Below, in pieces: positions 12,827 through 26,900 of a stretch of 64,000 bases of DNA (position 1 is its first letter; every line of letters begins with the position of its first letter). The notes under the pieces are model-generated. The model searched no databases, was not told the DNA's origin, and worked only from the letters and a program-made list of their open reading frames with translations. The translations under genes were made by a program, and so were the position numbers. The DNA is from Vairimorpha necatrix (taxonomy: Eukaryota), in assembly GCA_036630325.1 (NCBI GenBank), contig CP142729.1:992001-1056000 (forward strand). Reading direction: 5' to 3'.

Positions 12827-13593
12827 GGTGCGCCTAGGCAGTACTATAATGTGATGCTTTATTTAAAATTGTCTTGGTTTGAATCCCGGGGGGGGGGCAC
12901 CGAAATTGTTTCTCTTTTCTTTGATGCAGTTGAAACATTTCAGACGCCTTTAATATTTTCGACAATCATCAAGTTTATTCAATGAAACTTGTATGTGTCC
13001 AGCCAAGAGAGAAGTAACATATAGAGTAGAGACGCACTTCAAGGCCAGAAACATTAGCACCGTTGTTGACTAATTATTACATAAAAGTGCATGATTGATA
13101 TGAGCTATTTGGACTTACGGCCAATACACTCTAGAGTAAAACCTAGAGCTACTAAGGGATTAGATGAAATTGGGCAATATAAGGTCTAGTGAACCTTATA
13201 ATACAAGATTTTGTAACACTTTGGAAGAAACTAGTGGAAGACTTTGGTCAACGCAGTCCAATAAAAAATGCTGAGCCATTGATGCGGCGGTGTATAGAGC
13301 CGTACATGCAAAAAAGATGATTGTAAAGACCTTTGATTTAGTACAATGATGTCTCTTCTCGGGTTAATAAATTCATGGTCGTTAAGTATATCTGCTGTGA
13401 AATCACTTTCGACGCGATTTAAGGTATATTTTAAAAATATTTTCTTGTTCCAAATCCATGAATACGGCGTGGCAACCTACACCGATAACTTTTTTGGTAA
13501 ATTATAGTGAGATAAAATCTTATTGCATCTGTTGGATAAGGATCACGCCCAAATACCTATGATCCCTACGCCTTACTTGCAAGGAAAAAAAAA
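12827..13593 (+). mobile_element. tRNA-headed SINE-like repeat, copy C
   Basis: Homologous head (with G-run expansion), body and A-tail. Confidence 0.65.
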
Positions 13594-13634
13594 CAAATAT
13601 TAATACGAACAAAGATCAAATTTTAAGTCTACAT

Positions 13635-16600
13635 TATTGTCTGTATACATTTATTATAAATTGAGGAAATAAATAATAAGGAATAAATATTACAGAAGAG
13701 TGCATACTTCATTTTTCTTCTTACAAAAAAATCCTAACGATCTTTATTTGAAACAACTACTCCTCCATCATTTAATTTCAGTCTAGCTGTCTCGAACATT
13801 TTCTCCAGAATTTCCCCTTTACGAGTATATTTTGGATCTAATTTATCCCTACTTACTGACTTATCATTAAACATAACAAAATCCCCATCTTAAGTTTAAA
13901 CACCAATCCATAAACCTGCTTTCTTTAGCTAAAATTTTCTTTGCCTTCGATTGCACCAGAAAGTTTTCTTCCTGTTCCATCATGCTTTTTTCTAAAGGTG
14001 TATACTTTATGATCCTATGACTGAACTTAAATATCCTTGTCTTGCTTTTTCTAGCTGATCTCTAATCAAACGAACCAAATCTACACAATTTCGTAACTTC
14101 CTAATAAAATTACCATTAAATGTCTCTACCAAACCTGTAGTTCTCGGAGAATAAGGATGTATAAAACACATTTAAATCCATGCTTATTGGCCAGTTCCTC
14201 CGTCATTCTATTCTTGAACTCCTTATCGTTACTCGACAAAATCTTTTAAGGTATGCCATATTTCTTCTATATCTATCGTTCAATTGATTCAACAATAACT
14301 CCCATATCTTTTGACTTCTCCTTTACATACTCAGCCATATTTGTCCAATGATCTATCATTGTTAAAATAAACTTGTTTCCTTCTGAATTCAATCTTAATT
14401 GACCAACCATATAATCTCCCAGAATTTAAAAGAATAAGATGATAGAATACTATAATTTGACTTTTTAACTTCAGAACGCTTATCTAATGACAAATCTTAT
14501 AATTCTTAAGTATATCTCGAACCTGGGCTTCTGCAACCTCTCTTTGATCACCTTTCAAAACATAACAAGCGTCTTTGCTGAACCATGTGCTAACATCTCA
14601 TGTTTCTTAAGAACCTCTTCCACTGACACTTCCTTATCCTCTAATACTGCATCAACACAAGCAGTTCTACTTTATACATCCGCTGGATTTTCTCCACTAT
14701 AATGTGTTTTATTCCAAAATCATATTCTTGTAATAATAATGACCATCTTGATAATCTTCCCTTCATATTTCGGGACGAAAACAACCGAAACAATCCTTGT
14801 TGATTCGTTCGTAGCTCAAACTTTCCCAAATAAATACAATGTTAAATCTGTTAATGCCTTATTTACAGCCAACAATTCTTTTCTAGAGCAGAATAGTTCC
14901 TTTCCGGGTTTGAATGAACCTTACTAAAAAACCTAATACAATTTTCTCTTCTCCATCCTGTATCTGTGATAAAATCGCCTTTCTCCTTACACCAGAGCGT
15001 CCGTGTCTAAAATGAATTCCCCTCTCCTTCTGGCCAACTCCAACCGTATTGTTTCCCCAACTTCTAAAGCGCATCTATTGATCTCTTGTATTTCTCATCA
15101 TACTCAATCGTCAAAAACTTCCCTTCATTTCCCTTCTTCAGTAAACCATATAAATACTCTGTGCTCAAATACATTTCTCAAAAATTGACGCATTAATTAA
15201 TTAATCCCAAAAACGATTCCAAATTTTTCCTTGACGTGGGCAGAGGCATATCTACAATTTTCTTAATCCTATCATCATTAATTCTAATCCCATTCTTCCC
15301 ACTGTTACTCTTACAATCTTTAGCTCTTATTTTCTGTATTCACATTTTGACGCATTTAAATTCAAATCAGCCTCATCTAATAATGTTAACACTTCCTTTC
15401 AATGCACTAAGTGCGCTTCCTTATTCTGACTGTAAATTAAAATATCATCCATGTACACAATCACACATTTACCAATAAACTCTCTTAATACATTATTCAT
15501 TGCTCGCTGGAATGTTGCCGGCCCAATTTTAATCTAAATGGCATTCTTAAAAACTTCAAAAAACCTTCTCTACATTAATGCCGTATTCTCTACATCTTTC
15601 TCACTCATTTTAATTTGATGATACCCCAATAAAGCATCCAACTTTGCAAAAAACCGAGCTTCGTTTACTGATCTATCAACTCATCGATCCTTGGCATGGG
15701 ATAAGTGTCTGACACTGTAACATCATTAAATCTCCTATAATCTATACACATTCTCCAACCCACTTCTTTCTTCTAAATCATTACCACCGGACTCATCCAT
15801 GAACTCTTGGGGGGTTTAATAATTTCCTGTTTTAAATACTCTATAATTTTCTTCTTTATATAGTCCTCTAATGACATACAATTCCTATATATCGGCGTCA
15901 CAACTGGAGCAGCATTTCATGTGTTAATAATGTTCTCCTAACTTATTTATACACACATCAATACTGAAGACCTCAAATCCCTTCTTCCATGATAATGTCA
16001 GTTTGTTCCTTCTTCAAAACGGTCTTTCCAAAATTATTTCATAACCTATTTTGGTAACAACAATAAATTCTTCTGTAAACTATGTATCATTCCACCAGAA
16101 GGACAACCTAACATTATTTAAAACACCCATTTTATCTTCTCCTGCCGACTTTAAAACCACATCAGTACCCATAAAGTTAATTTTTTCTTGTATTTTTCTC
16201 TACAAATTACATTTACCGCAGAACCCGAATCTAACAATGCTTTATAACTGTTTTCTCCCTTTTATATGAACTATCGGGAACGAGTCTAATGCAAACACAT
16301 CAGCTTTCATAGAAGTAGCATAAACTATATTGCTTTTATTAAAACTATCTTCCGCTTCCTTTTCCTCATTCCTCTCCGTGCCAGATTCCATAATGGATGC
16401 AATTTTCTTCTGCAGATTAAAACATTGTCTCTTGAAATGACCCAACTTACCGTAATAGAAACATCTTACCTTCCCGTCTCTGGCGTCTCTATATATCATA
16501 ATTTAGACGCAAACTTTGCATTCTTAACTGCATCAACTTATAGACATTGGGTGAAATACCCTCAGCTTTTATCTTCTGCCACTGTATCCCACTACAAATA

Positions 16601-17133
16601 TTATATATGTACGACCACGACAACTTTTCGGAAAATTTAACATGATCATATTTCCTATATTCTCTAGTAATCCGTTGATCACAAACGTTCCCAGAACATC
16701 CTCTGGTGTTCCGTCACGTTGCGACAACCCATTCATCTTGTCCAAATAACTCATAATAGACCTCCTTGAAATTTTGTCCAAACAATTTCCTTAATTGATC
16801 TCACGCCGACGTTTCCCCTTAAATCTCACAAAAAATTAACTAAGCAGCTCCTCAAATAAACACTCAAATGAAACTGTCTTAACCCATAGTTCCGCTTCCC
16901 CTCTTAGGGCAGCCCCCAAAACCCAAATAAGAGCTGACTTCTCTACTTATTATACCCCTTCATAACATCTTAAAGTCTTCAAAAAAGTATCAGGATCATC
17001 TTCTGTCCTCTCATAAAACTTTATCCCAAACAAATTTCCATTCGTTGTCGCCAAATTATTGTCTGTAAACATTTATCATAAATTAAGGGGTACAATAATT
17101 AAGAATAAATATTCCAGAAGAGTACATACCACA
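13635..17133 (-). mobile_element. Ty3/gypsy LTR retrotransposon A, degenerate, 77-bp LTRs
   Basis: LTRs 17057-17133 and 13635-13711. TSD TACAT at 13630-34 and 17134-38. PBS TGGCGACAACG, PPT, Zn knuckle, LLDSGS protease, and RT/RNaseH/IN remnants. Confidence 0.9.
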
Positions 17134-17149
17134 TACATAAAAACCGCCC

Positions 17150-17770
17150 TGATCATTTACTTATATTGATAAAAATCCAATGTGCTTGAAGCTTTTGTTC
17201 AATAAAAAGGAATTATTGTTCGTAATTATATTATTGATTCTATAAAATTAAAGTACAAAGAAAAAGCAATTTGTTTAAACTTCAACATATTGATTATTTA
17301 CCTTTTCTCCTTAGACATACCCATTGAATAATACCCTCTTAATAAAAGAATTTTATTTGAAATTTGACAAAAATTAACATTACTAAAAACGAGTTTTATG
17401 TTTATTTGTTCGTATGTTTTAGAGAGTCGCACTCAGACAGGAGAAATTTAAAATATGAATGTATGGTTTTTACAAAAAGAAAATACAATATGAATAGATG
17501 TAAATTTCGGGATGACTTTATAATAAAATTCATAAAATAAATTTTAAACAAGTTTATTTTTGCATAATTGATTTTTTTATATCAGATTTTTGTTCCCAAA
17601 ATCAATTGGTTTTTCTCATGTATCTTTCAATTGGATAGACTAGCGACTTCTTGAATATATACAAAAAATGTGTGGAATCCTACGTTGTTTCTATTTAGAT
17701 AATTTAACCGACATCTTTGAAAGATTTTTTTGACTAAAGAGTAATACTTTTGATCTGTCAAACACATCAA
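17150..17770 (-). pseudogene. Unknown decayed ORF divergent from the SSN6-like gene (present in each cassette copy)
   Basis: Minus frame MCLTDQKYYSLVKK...FLYIFKKSLVYPIERYMRKPIDFG... runs ~200 codons with scattered stops. Homologs at ~6560-7200, 9570-11250, 54860-55510 and 61920-62550. Confidence 0.4.
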
Positions 17771-17803
17771 TGAACTTTCTAAAAAATATCTTTTTTTTAG
17801 CCC

Positions 17804-19010
17804 CTGCTTTTCGATTGGAAAAGGACAAAATACCACAATTGAACTAAAATGCCCAAAAAGAAAATTACCAAATAAAGTACTGGTTAATAAGTACCAAATA
17901 TATATAAAGACGCCTTTAACGCAGGTTTTGTATTACGAAGCAAGCCAATTACTTACAAATGGAAATGGCATTCGAAAACCTTGAAAAAAGTAAGAAGGTT
18001 AGAAGCCATAAAAATAAGATATATCTTAACATACGGGAGTCCACTAAATGTTGTAATGAAGCATTATTGGTCAATCACAAGAACATAAATTCTCTCTACG
18101 TTCTTGGGAAATGCTTCTTGCAACAGGACAATTTAGAATTGACAAAAGAGATAGTAGATAAAATTAGATCCGTGGACCCGAAACAAATATGTGCCACTAT
18201 TTTAGAAGGGCATATTTTGTTTAAGACGGGTCGGGACGTAAAAGCTCACGATAATTTTTTATCATATTATATACATCGTAGTATGATGTATTCCTCTTCT
18301 AGGGTCTAGGATTAATTACGATCTTTTAAAAAAATTTTGTTTTGTCCCGGAGTGGTTTATCCTAATCCCATCTGCCGACGTGGAACTCCCGAAAGTACTC
18401 GAAATTATGTACAGAATAGGGATCTGTTACAAAAAGGAGAGAAAATTTACAGATACGCTCAGAGTTTTCAAATTTTTAGAATCATTCGTAAAGTTTGATT
18501 GATTAAACGACGATGTCAACCTCCAGATGGCGCATATCTAAGAGATCGCCGAGAACACAGAATAGTGTTCAAAGATCACAAATAAATTTATGGTTCCCAG
18601 CAAGCAGAATCTTCTCGCTGCTAGATCTTACAGCTGGCTCAATTTTTTGAAAAAAATAATGACGCAATAAAAAATATTTACAAATGTCATAACGAGACAG
18701 TTGTCATCAAACTCTCTTTAAAGAGCATTTTGAAGGAATTAGAGTATTGTAATTGTTTGTGACCTTTAAAGCGAAGTCTATGATCCATATATACTTTATA
18801 TTGTAGGAAGAGTGATGACTGAGGAAGGGAAGCATGAGTATGCACTTGAATTTTTATTTGAAATGTTATCGCCTAGCCTCTTTTTCTATCTACCTACAGA
18901 TTTGACAGTAGGTGTGAAAAATAATGAAACAACTGCTATTAACCATCTCAGAAACCGGTTCAAGGGGCGTACATTTAGAAGCTAACTGAAAATAGGTTTA
19001 ACAAATTTAA
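17804..19010 (+). pseudogene. SSN6: SSN6/CYC8-like TPR pseudogene, copy 3 (no LINE insertion)
   Basis: ORF 17959..18309 carries a TPR (CCNEALLVNHKNINSLYVLGKCFLQQDNLE). The LINE site near 18655 is empty. Confidence 0.7.
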
Positions 19011-19066
19011 GATCTGTAGATTTTTAAAGTTTAAAGTAACCAGTTCTTTAATGTAATAATTGAAAA

Positions 19067-19857
19067 GGAGCCCTGCTCAGTGTTCAAAGTCGATGCTTTT
19101 ATTAAGCAATGGCGAGTTCGAATTTCAGGAGTTCAAATTTGTTTTAACTTCTATAATGTAGTTGGAACAACTCAGACTATAAAAATGTCACGACAATATA
19201 AAGTTGATTTAATAGAATTTATGTGTGTACAACCACAAAGGGATATACATTTAGCGTAGAAACGCACCTCAAGGCCAAAACAGTATTACCCTCGTGGGAA
19301 CCAAATGATAAAATTAAGATTCTGATGGGTACGAAACAGTTGAAGACTGTGGCGGTAGACGCTATGGGTAGGTCCCAGAGAAAACTAATAAAGTAGAAGA
19401 GGTGGGTACAATAAAAGGTCAGGTGAAATTTTATAATATTCTGTAACAAGATGGCCAAAACTAGTAGGGAACTGATGACCAACGCAGGGCATTGTAAATG
19501 TCGGGCTGAAGATGTGGCAGTGTAAGGATCCTTGTGTGCATACAGATGACCGTAGACCAATGAGCTAAAATAATAACGTTTTTTTTTTTTTTTTTTTTTT
19601 GGGGGGGGGGGGGGGCATTAAAACACGTCGATTATATTAATCGTTATGTTTTCCCTCTAACAAGATATGTGGTATAAATGGAAAGTGTTTCTGGAGCAAA
19701 GTAGAATGAATACGGCGGAGTTTCCAGCCCTGTTGTTGTATGGAATGAATATTTAGTGAGTAAGAATCATACAGTACTAGTTTGATAAGAATCATGACTG
19801 TATTCCTTTGGTCCCCATGTAAGGTTTTCTTGCCTCTACCTTGTAGGATAAAAAAAA
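19067..19857 (+). mobile_element. tRNA-headed SINE-like repeat, copy D (divergent)
   Basis: GGAGCCCTGCTCAGTG...GAGTTCGAATTTC head, divergent body and A-rich end. Downstream sequence is unrelated to the cassette. Confidence 0.55.
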
Positions 19858-20290
19858 TAAACTTAAAATTTTTTTTTGTTGGTTTTGGCATGTCTCGAGG
19901 ATTCTACCTACGAGATAAAAGATTCAATTTAGCCTAATGTATTGAATTTTAGTTATATACACATGCGACATCTTAAAGAATAGCGATTATCCTGGGCTTA
20001 AAGGTCTTCTTAACTAGTCTTCCGAGGGAATTGTTGTTGAATCTCAACTAATGATAACATCAAGGTAAAGATTGAGAATCATTGATAAAAAATAAAGTAA
20101 ATAAAAAGCCTTATGGACAATTTCAAGAAGTGCAATTCGATAAAGAAAAAAAGAAGTGGTATTAATAATACGAAATCTTTAAACACACTATTTATTGTCG
20201 CGCGCGGGGCGCACGTGCGCCCAGCCCGCACACGGCCCAATTCCCGCTTTTTGAGCCATTTTTCATTTTTTTAAGGGTGCTTATGAAAAA

Positions 20291-20371
20291 TGGCTCGCGC
20301 GGGGATCGAACCCTTCCTCTTAAAATTTGACCAGTTCGTTTCAGAATTTCTGACCGCTGAGCTAAACTCAG
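20291..20371 (-). ncRNA. tRNA-like Pol III unit inside the Ginger element
   Basis: Minus strand reads A box TAGCTCAGCGG, B box GGTTCGATCCC, then GAGCCA followed by TTTTT. The acceptor stem pairs poorly, so it is not a canonical tRNA. Confidence 0.55.
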
Positions 20372-20446
20372 TTATAAAAAAACCTTAAAAATATAAATAA
20401 GTTAAAAACAATACCATTTTAAAAAATATTTCATAACATCCCTCAA

Positions 20447-21767
20447 ATGGTCTTACCTGTGAAAAACTCGGAAGAATATAAAAATATTCTAGATATTATT
20501 GTAGAAAACAAAGTCGTAAAAGATATTTCGAGGTTTTCTTTGGCGAGATTAAGGAAAAAGGCTGAACACTTTACAATTGTAGATAATCATCTTTACTTAA
20601 GAGGTATCGACAATCTACATTTAAAGGTTTTTGCACAAACGGATATTTGTGCGATGAAGTTAGAAATGCAAAAACTTCACGTAGATGGGCATTTAGGTCA
20701 GAATGCCCTATACCTAAAAAGTAAATGTTTATATTTTTCAATCCCAAGGGAATTGATTGTGATGTTGTACGTGAATGTAAAATTTGCGCTCAATGTCAGC
20801 CTTTGAAGACAAAGGAAAAAATGAAACATATTACAGCAGAATTTCCATGGGAACGCCTAATGATAGATCTTATTGATATGAGATCATACAAGGAGTTTAA
20901 CGATGGGTATTGCTGGATATTATCTATTTTGGATGTATATTCAAAATTTGCCAGAACATATCTATTAAAAGGTAAGACAGCTAAGTGTGTTATAGAGTGT
21001 TTGGAGGATTTATTTGAACATTATGGTGTACCTGGGATCATTCAAAGTGATAATGGTAAGGAGTTTAGGAACAAATTGATGTATGATCTTGCATCAAAAT
21101 ATAAAATCCTTCTAATAAACGGGAGACCTAGACATCCACAGACACAGGGTCAGGTGGAACGGTTTAACCAAACAATCACAAGGTTATTATCAAAAAAATT
21201 AATGGACGAAGAAACATCAGAACGAAGTGAAAGGTGGATTGATTGTCTAAAAAAGGTTACTTGTTTTATAATCAAGCAGTTCATTCTGCGACTTCTTTTA
21301 CTCCATTTGAGAAAATGTTTAACAGAGCTGGTTACAACACAGTAGTTCGTAAAAATTTAGAACCTGAGAATAAAGTGTCTTTAGAGTTAGATAGATAAAT
21401 ATGTCCTGTGTCTGTTGATAATGAAATCGATTGTGTTAAAAAGGAAGAAAAATCTAAAGAAGACTGTGTATTTTCGAGTTACCAAAAAAAATACTTTGCA
21501 CGAATGGATAGACGCGCGGTACACAATTCTATTTATGATTTTGAAGTAGGTGATACTGTTTTATTGAAAAAAGATTTTGATAATAATAAAAAAACTAAGA
21601 AAAAAAAACTTGAATCTTTCTATCATAAAGAGTCTATAGTAATAGAAATTTTATCTAACAATCGAGTAAAGTTAAATTTAGAAGGAAATGAAGTTATAGT
21701 AGATTTAAATTTGATTAAAAAAATAAAAAAATTAGTTTATATATTTTTTCAGTACTTTTACTTATAA
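20447..21767 (+). pseudogene. Ginger integrase/transposase (frameshifted)
   Basis: HVDGHLG...CKIC zinc motif, MIDLID, ILDVYSKF, IQSDNGKEF, RPRHPQTQGQVER and a C-terminal FEVGDTVL. Confidence 0.85.
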
Positions 21768-23948
21768 GGATTCCCGAACCCAACATATTATCTTGAGTTT
21801 AAAAAGATTCCAATATCAAAAATATTCCCATGCAAAAAAAAACTTCTGTAAATCTAAACAATTTAATTATCTTTTTAAAGTAAAACAAATCTATTATTTT
21901 TTATTCCTTAATTTTCCTTCGGAAAAAAAAAATTGTTCTCACTGCGCTCGAACCCGGCAAAAACTTCGTTTTTGTGCGGGCTGGACGCACGTGCGCCCTG
22001 GGCGCTTGACATTTATTGTTTAGCTTGCGGCTATTTCTGATTTACTGTTGTTGTAATATAACCTAAAACTTAAAAATTTGTTTAATGATCAAAATTAAAT
22101 TTGAATCCCAACTGTCGGGTTACACTCTCTGTAGATATTTGATAGTATTTCAGCCAGCTTACATATTGCACAAATATTTGTAAAATTTACTATACTTGTA
22201 CCTTCTTCGCTGCACAACTCTTACTGTTTTCGATTGACTTATGATCAATTGCCTTAAGTCAACCCTCTTTGGCTTTGGATAAATTAAGTCAATCACTTTT
22301 TTTTTTGCTGATCCTATTCTACGCATAAAAAAAATTCGTCACGCGTCTTTCGATTGTATTTCTGGCGCATCTAAAATTTTTAATTCATTTTCGAATTGAT
22401 GTATCTTGCCTTTCTCCTGTTATAATCTGTTGATCAGTAATAAATGTTGCTTTATCACCATAGCTTCAAGTTTCATGTCATTATAAAGTTTTTTTGAATC
22501 GTTTTTCTTCAATTGACATGATGCTTTAAATCACAGTATCAAATGTCATAAATCTGATCTATCTATTTTTTACATTTTAAATAACTAAACTATTCTATCT
22601 GATTCTACGTTTATCAATAAATTTTTTTTTTCATTTTGGTGTGTAAAACTATAAAATAAGCACCCTTTCGATCTGTATATCCTTATAGGGAGTAATAAAT
22701 CTTATTTGATCTTCTTGTATATAGTATTTACAAAATATATCTACCACGGTTGTCTATTCTCATTTACTGTATTTAACATCGAAAGAAACTTTTTTTCATC
22801 TAACAATAAAAAAGAAGATGACAATGTTGTACTTATCAAGATAAAACTATTCTCTCAGAGAACAGTTAAGATGCATATAATGATCAGAAAAAAAAGTCAG
22901 TCAAAATATGGCTACTTGTTATGATAGAACTCTCCAAACGACTATTGCGAGGTGGCGATGAAAATTGTTTTTCACACATCTACAACTGTTGTTTAATTAA
23001 GGAATGATAACATGTGGAAAATATAGAATCGCTCTGCGTAGGAGGTGATTGAGTACTTGGATGTAAAAATAAGAGTAGATGAAATAATTATGCCGTATTA
23101 AACGATTTAGTACATTAAGCCTAATTTTTTATCATAGACAAATTAAGGGGAGAAATCACAAGTGTGGTATAGTAATTGTATTTATTTTCCGTAATTTGGG
23201 TTCGGAATATAAGAATATATAACATCCTCTCTTCAAGATGGTTAGTCTCCTACGTCATCATCAACTCTAAGCAGATATTTTAGGTCATAATGCCTTCTCT
23301 TTACTAATCGTCCATTCATCAATCATCATCATCATATATATAAAAGAATTTTATTTAATTTTTTACCCCTAAAACTCAAAAAAAGAGAAAATTTAAAATG
23401 GTAAAATTTTTGTTTTAAAACAAAATTAAATGCTTTCACTGTATTTTATAGACAATTTTAGACCAGATACATTATTTATATTTTGTATATAAATCATTTT
23501 TGAAATTATTAGAAATATGATTTTCTCCTTTATAATTTCTTCCTTTTAGAAAAAGAAAACAAAAACAATATGAAACAAAATGTAGAAAAAATTTGTTACT
23601 AATGTGTGAAATTAACTCAATTGGATTAAAATTTGTTACTGAATTAACTTTACCACTGCTATGTTGATTCAATAATAATACTTAACTTCTAAAAATCACA
23701 TTTGCTCCTTTTTAATTCTTCCTACCAGAAATGGAAATTCAAAAATCAAAACAAGAAACAAACATAATAAAGTTGATTTACAAACATTAGAAATTTATCA
23801 ACTGAATAACAAACTCAATTAATTAATATTTAGACTAATATCAAAGCTATTTATAAAAAATCATTTTCTCATTTTTGTTTTCTTCTTTCCCAAAATGGAA
23901 TTTTAATTTTAAAAACTATAAATACTTTTTTTTTTCTTTACCCCCATT

Positions 23949-26900
23949 ATGTTTACGAAAAATCAAACAAATTGCGATTTTAGTGAACAACCAAAAGCAA
24001 CTATCACTATCTCTCAGGAGATATGTAGTAATACTGAAAATGACAATGTTATTTTCTATGGGGCCAATGCCTCTGTACATAACACAAAAAATAAAAAAAC
24101 AAATGTCAGAGAAACAAAAAAAAGGAATTTCATATTCAGTTTCTCTGGCGAAAACAAAACAATTCTTAATCCAACAAACAGCACAGAAAAAACAGCTAGA
24201 TTAACAGATAACACAACAATGCAAACTTTGACAGAAAAACTAGATCTAGCTTGCAGAATTACTAGCAGAAACCACGCCGAACATTATTGTGGAGATCTGA
24301 AAGAAGAATGTGCCTTTTGTGGTGCATTACATTTTGCTGGAGAAGCAAGCAGTAATGGATTATACAAAAGCTGCTGTCATTTTGGGAAAGTCAAATTACA
24401 AAGAACTAGAAACTTCCCAAATGAGATTAAGAATTTATTCATTGGAAAAGATAAAGATGGAAAGAACTTCAAAGAAAATATTAGATCTTACAATGCTGCT
24501 CTTTCTTTTGCTTCTCTTGGTGCTCAAATAGAAACTGTGTCTAATGGTCCATATGTATTCAAAATACATGGACAAGTGTATCATAACACTTATAATGTAA
24601 ATAATATGGAATCTAATACACCAAAGAAATATGCCCAATTATATGTAGTGGATAGTGATATGGCAAACTCACAAAGAATGACGAATCCATCTAATAGAAA
24701 TTGTGATATATATATCATGAGCAAATTAGATGGATTTATAAGATCAGCCAATCCATATTCCAATGCGTATAAAAATATGTCTGAAATAATAAAGGAGCAA
24801 AAGGAAGTGGGGAAAGAAGTTAAAGACATTTCTATGGTCTTTAATAAGAATTTAGATAGAGATCAGAGAAGATATAATGCTCCCTCTACAAGTGAAATCG
24901 CAATGATTTTCACTGATCCAAATGGAGAACCCCCATTTGAGAGGGACATTAAAGTATATAGCAAGGGTTTTAATTCTGATAATTTACACTTGGATATTTT
25001 AAGTCCACATTTAGATCCAATGACATATACTTTGTTCTATCCACATGGCGAAGCTGGATGGAATGCAAATTTGAGGCTGGAGTCTTATCTAGGAGAGGCA
25101 CAGAAGATATCTTTGTTACAATACAAAGTAGCACAGATATCCATAAGAAAAGATAGATTCAACCCTTTGCTTTATGGAGGAAAGTTGTTTCAACAATGGA
25201 TTGTAGATTCATATCTACAAGTAGAAGCAAATAATTTAAACTTCATAAAATTAAATCAAAAGAAGTTGAGGGTAGATCTTTACAAAGGTTTGGTAGATTA
25301 TGTAAATAATGGGTCAGAAAGTTCTGCCAAGCCCGTGATCTTACCATCAAGTTTTCAAGGATCTCCAAGAAATATGAGAGAGAGATACCATGATGCAATG
25401 TCAATTGTAAGAAATTTCGGCAAGCCCGATCTTTTTATAACTATGACTTGCAATCCCAAATGGAAGGAGATTAATGAGAATCTATTTGAGGGACAGACAG
25501 CAGTTGATAGACCAGATTTGGTAGCAAAGGTCTTTAACTTAAAGTTGAAAAGTATGATGGAAGAGATTTTGGCAGGAAGAGTGTTTGGGGAAGTCGTGGC
25601 TCATGTCTATTCTATTGAGTTTCAAAAACGTGGACTTCCTCATGCACATATATTGATAATGTTAAAGGACAAGATTCGGGATGAAAATATGATAGATAAG
25701 TTTGTAAGTGCAGAAATACCATCGCCCATGGAAAATGAAGTGTTACACACCTGTGTAACAAAACATATGATTCATGGACCATGTGGACTAAGTAACTTGA
25801 CAAGTCCATGTATGGAAAATGGTCTCTGCACTAAGGAATATCCTAAGGAACATAATACTGAAACAAGGATCGATAAAGACGGATATCCTGAGTACAGACG
25901 ATCTAGAGGGGCCGAGTACAATGTAAGGGGCAACATTGTTACTAATGCTAACGTGGTCCCTTATAATGCTTATCTACTTGAAAAATACAATTGTCATATC
26001 AATGTAGAAGTTTGTACTTCTATCAAGTCAGTAAAGTATATTTTTAAGTATATTTACAAGGGATTTGATTGTGCTGAAATGAGAATAACTGACAACAATG
26101 AAATTGATCATTTTGTGAATTCCAGATATGTCTCAGCACCAGAGGCTACCTGGAGATTAATGGAATACAAGATGCATGGAAGATCTCATAAGATCCATAG
26201 ACTTCCTGTGCATCTTCCACAAGAACAATTGATCACTTTCGAAGAAGGCAGAGAAGAGGAAGCCGTTAGATTGTCCGATCTTAGACAGACTCCTCTTTTA
26301 GCCTACTTCAAATTGAATGAAGTTGATGAAGGAGCACATCGATTTTCGTATAGTGAGATACCCTATCACTATACATATAAAAGGGGAGAATGGATTAGGA
26401 GAAAGAATAAGTATAGTAAGATAATTACTAGACTTTATTCTGTATCTCCAATAGAGAAGGAAAGATTTAGCCTCAGAGTTCTATTGATCAATGTAAAGGG
26501 GGTTAAGTCATATGAGGATTTGAGAACTGTAAATGGTGTAGTTTACAGTTCTTTCGCAGAGGCGGTGGAAGAAAGAGGACTTCTTCAAGATGATAAAGAA
26601 TGGGAAAGGGCTTTGGATGAGGCTGTATCAACCGAGTCCCCATCAATAATAAGAGCATTGTTTGGATATATTTGTGCTTTCAATAAGCCTAAAAATACCA
26701 AAGAACTCTTTGAGAAGTATCTTGGAGATATGTCTGAAGATCTAGATCAGAATAGTAGAGACGAAATATTAAGTAGATTAAAAGATATAGTTAATGCTCA
26801 TGGATGGAGCTTAAATGCTCTGGGTTTAGATGAGCCGATTAACTATATCAAGAATGAAAGAGCCGTCTTTGATAATGAACAAGATCTAGATCAGATGATA

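Larger units (their letters stand above)
20196..22011 (+). mobile_element. Ginger-type DNA transposon (gypsy-like integrase, TIRs, no RT)
   Basis: GC-rich ~37-39-bp TIRs TGTC...GGGCGCACGTGCG.CCAGCCCGCACA, 5-bp TSD TTTAT on both sides, and a single integrase. Confidence 0.9.

Noticed and set aside
19322-19352. Hammerhead-like CTGATGG-GTAC-GAAA-CAGT..ACTG-T in SINE copy D
   Set aside because: The core is imperfect, the cleavage triplet would be GUG, and GAAA is not conserved in the six other copies.
19578-19615. Long T-run followed by a G-run
   Set aside because: It corresponds to CTCTTCTCGGG in the other copies, so slippage or a sequencing artefact is likely.
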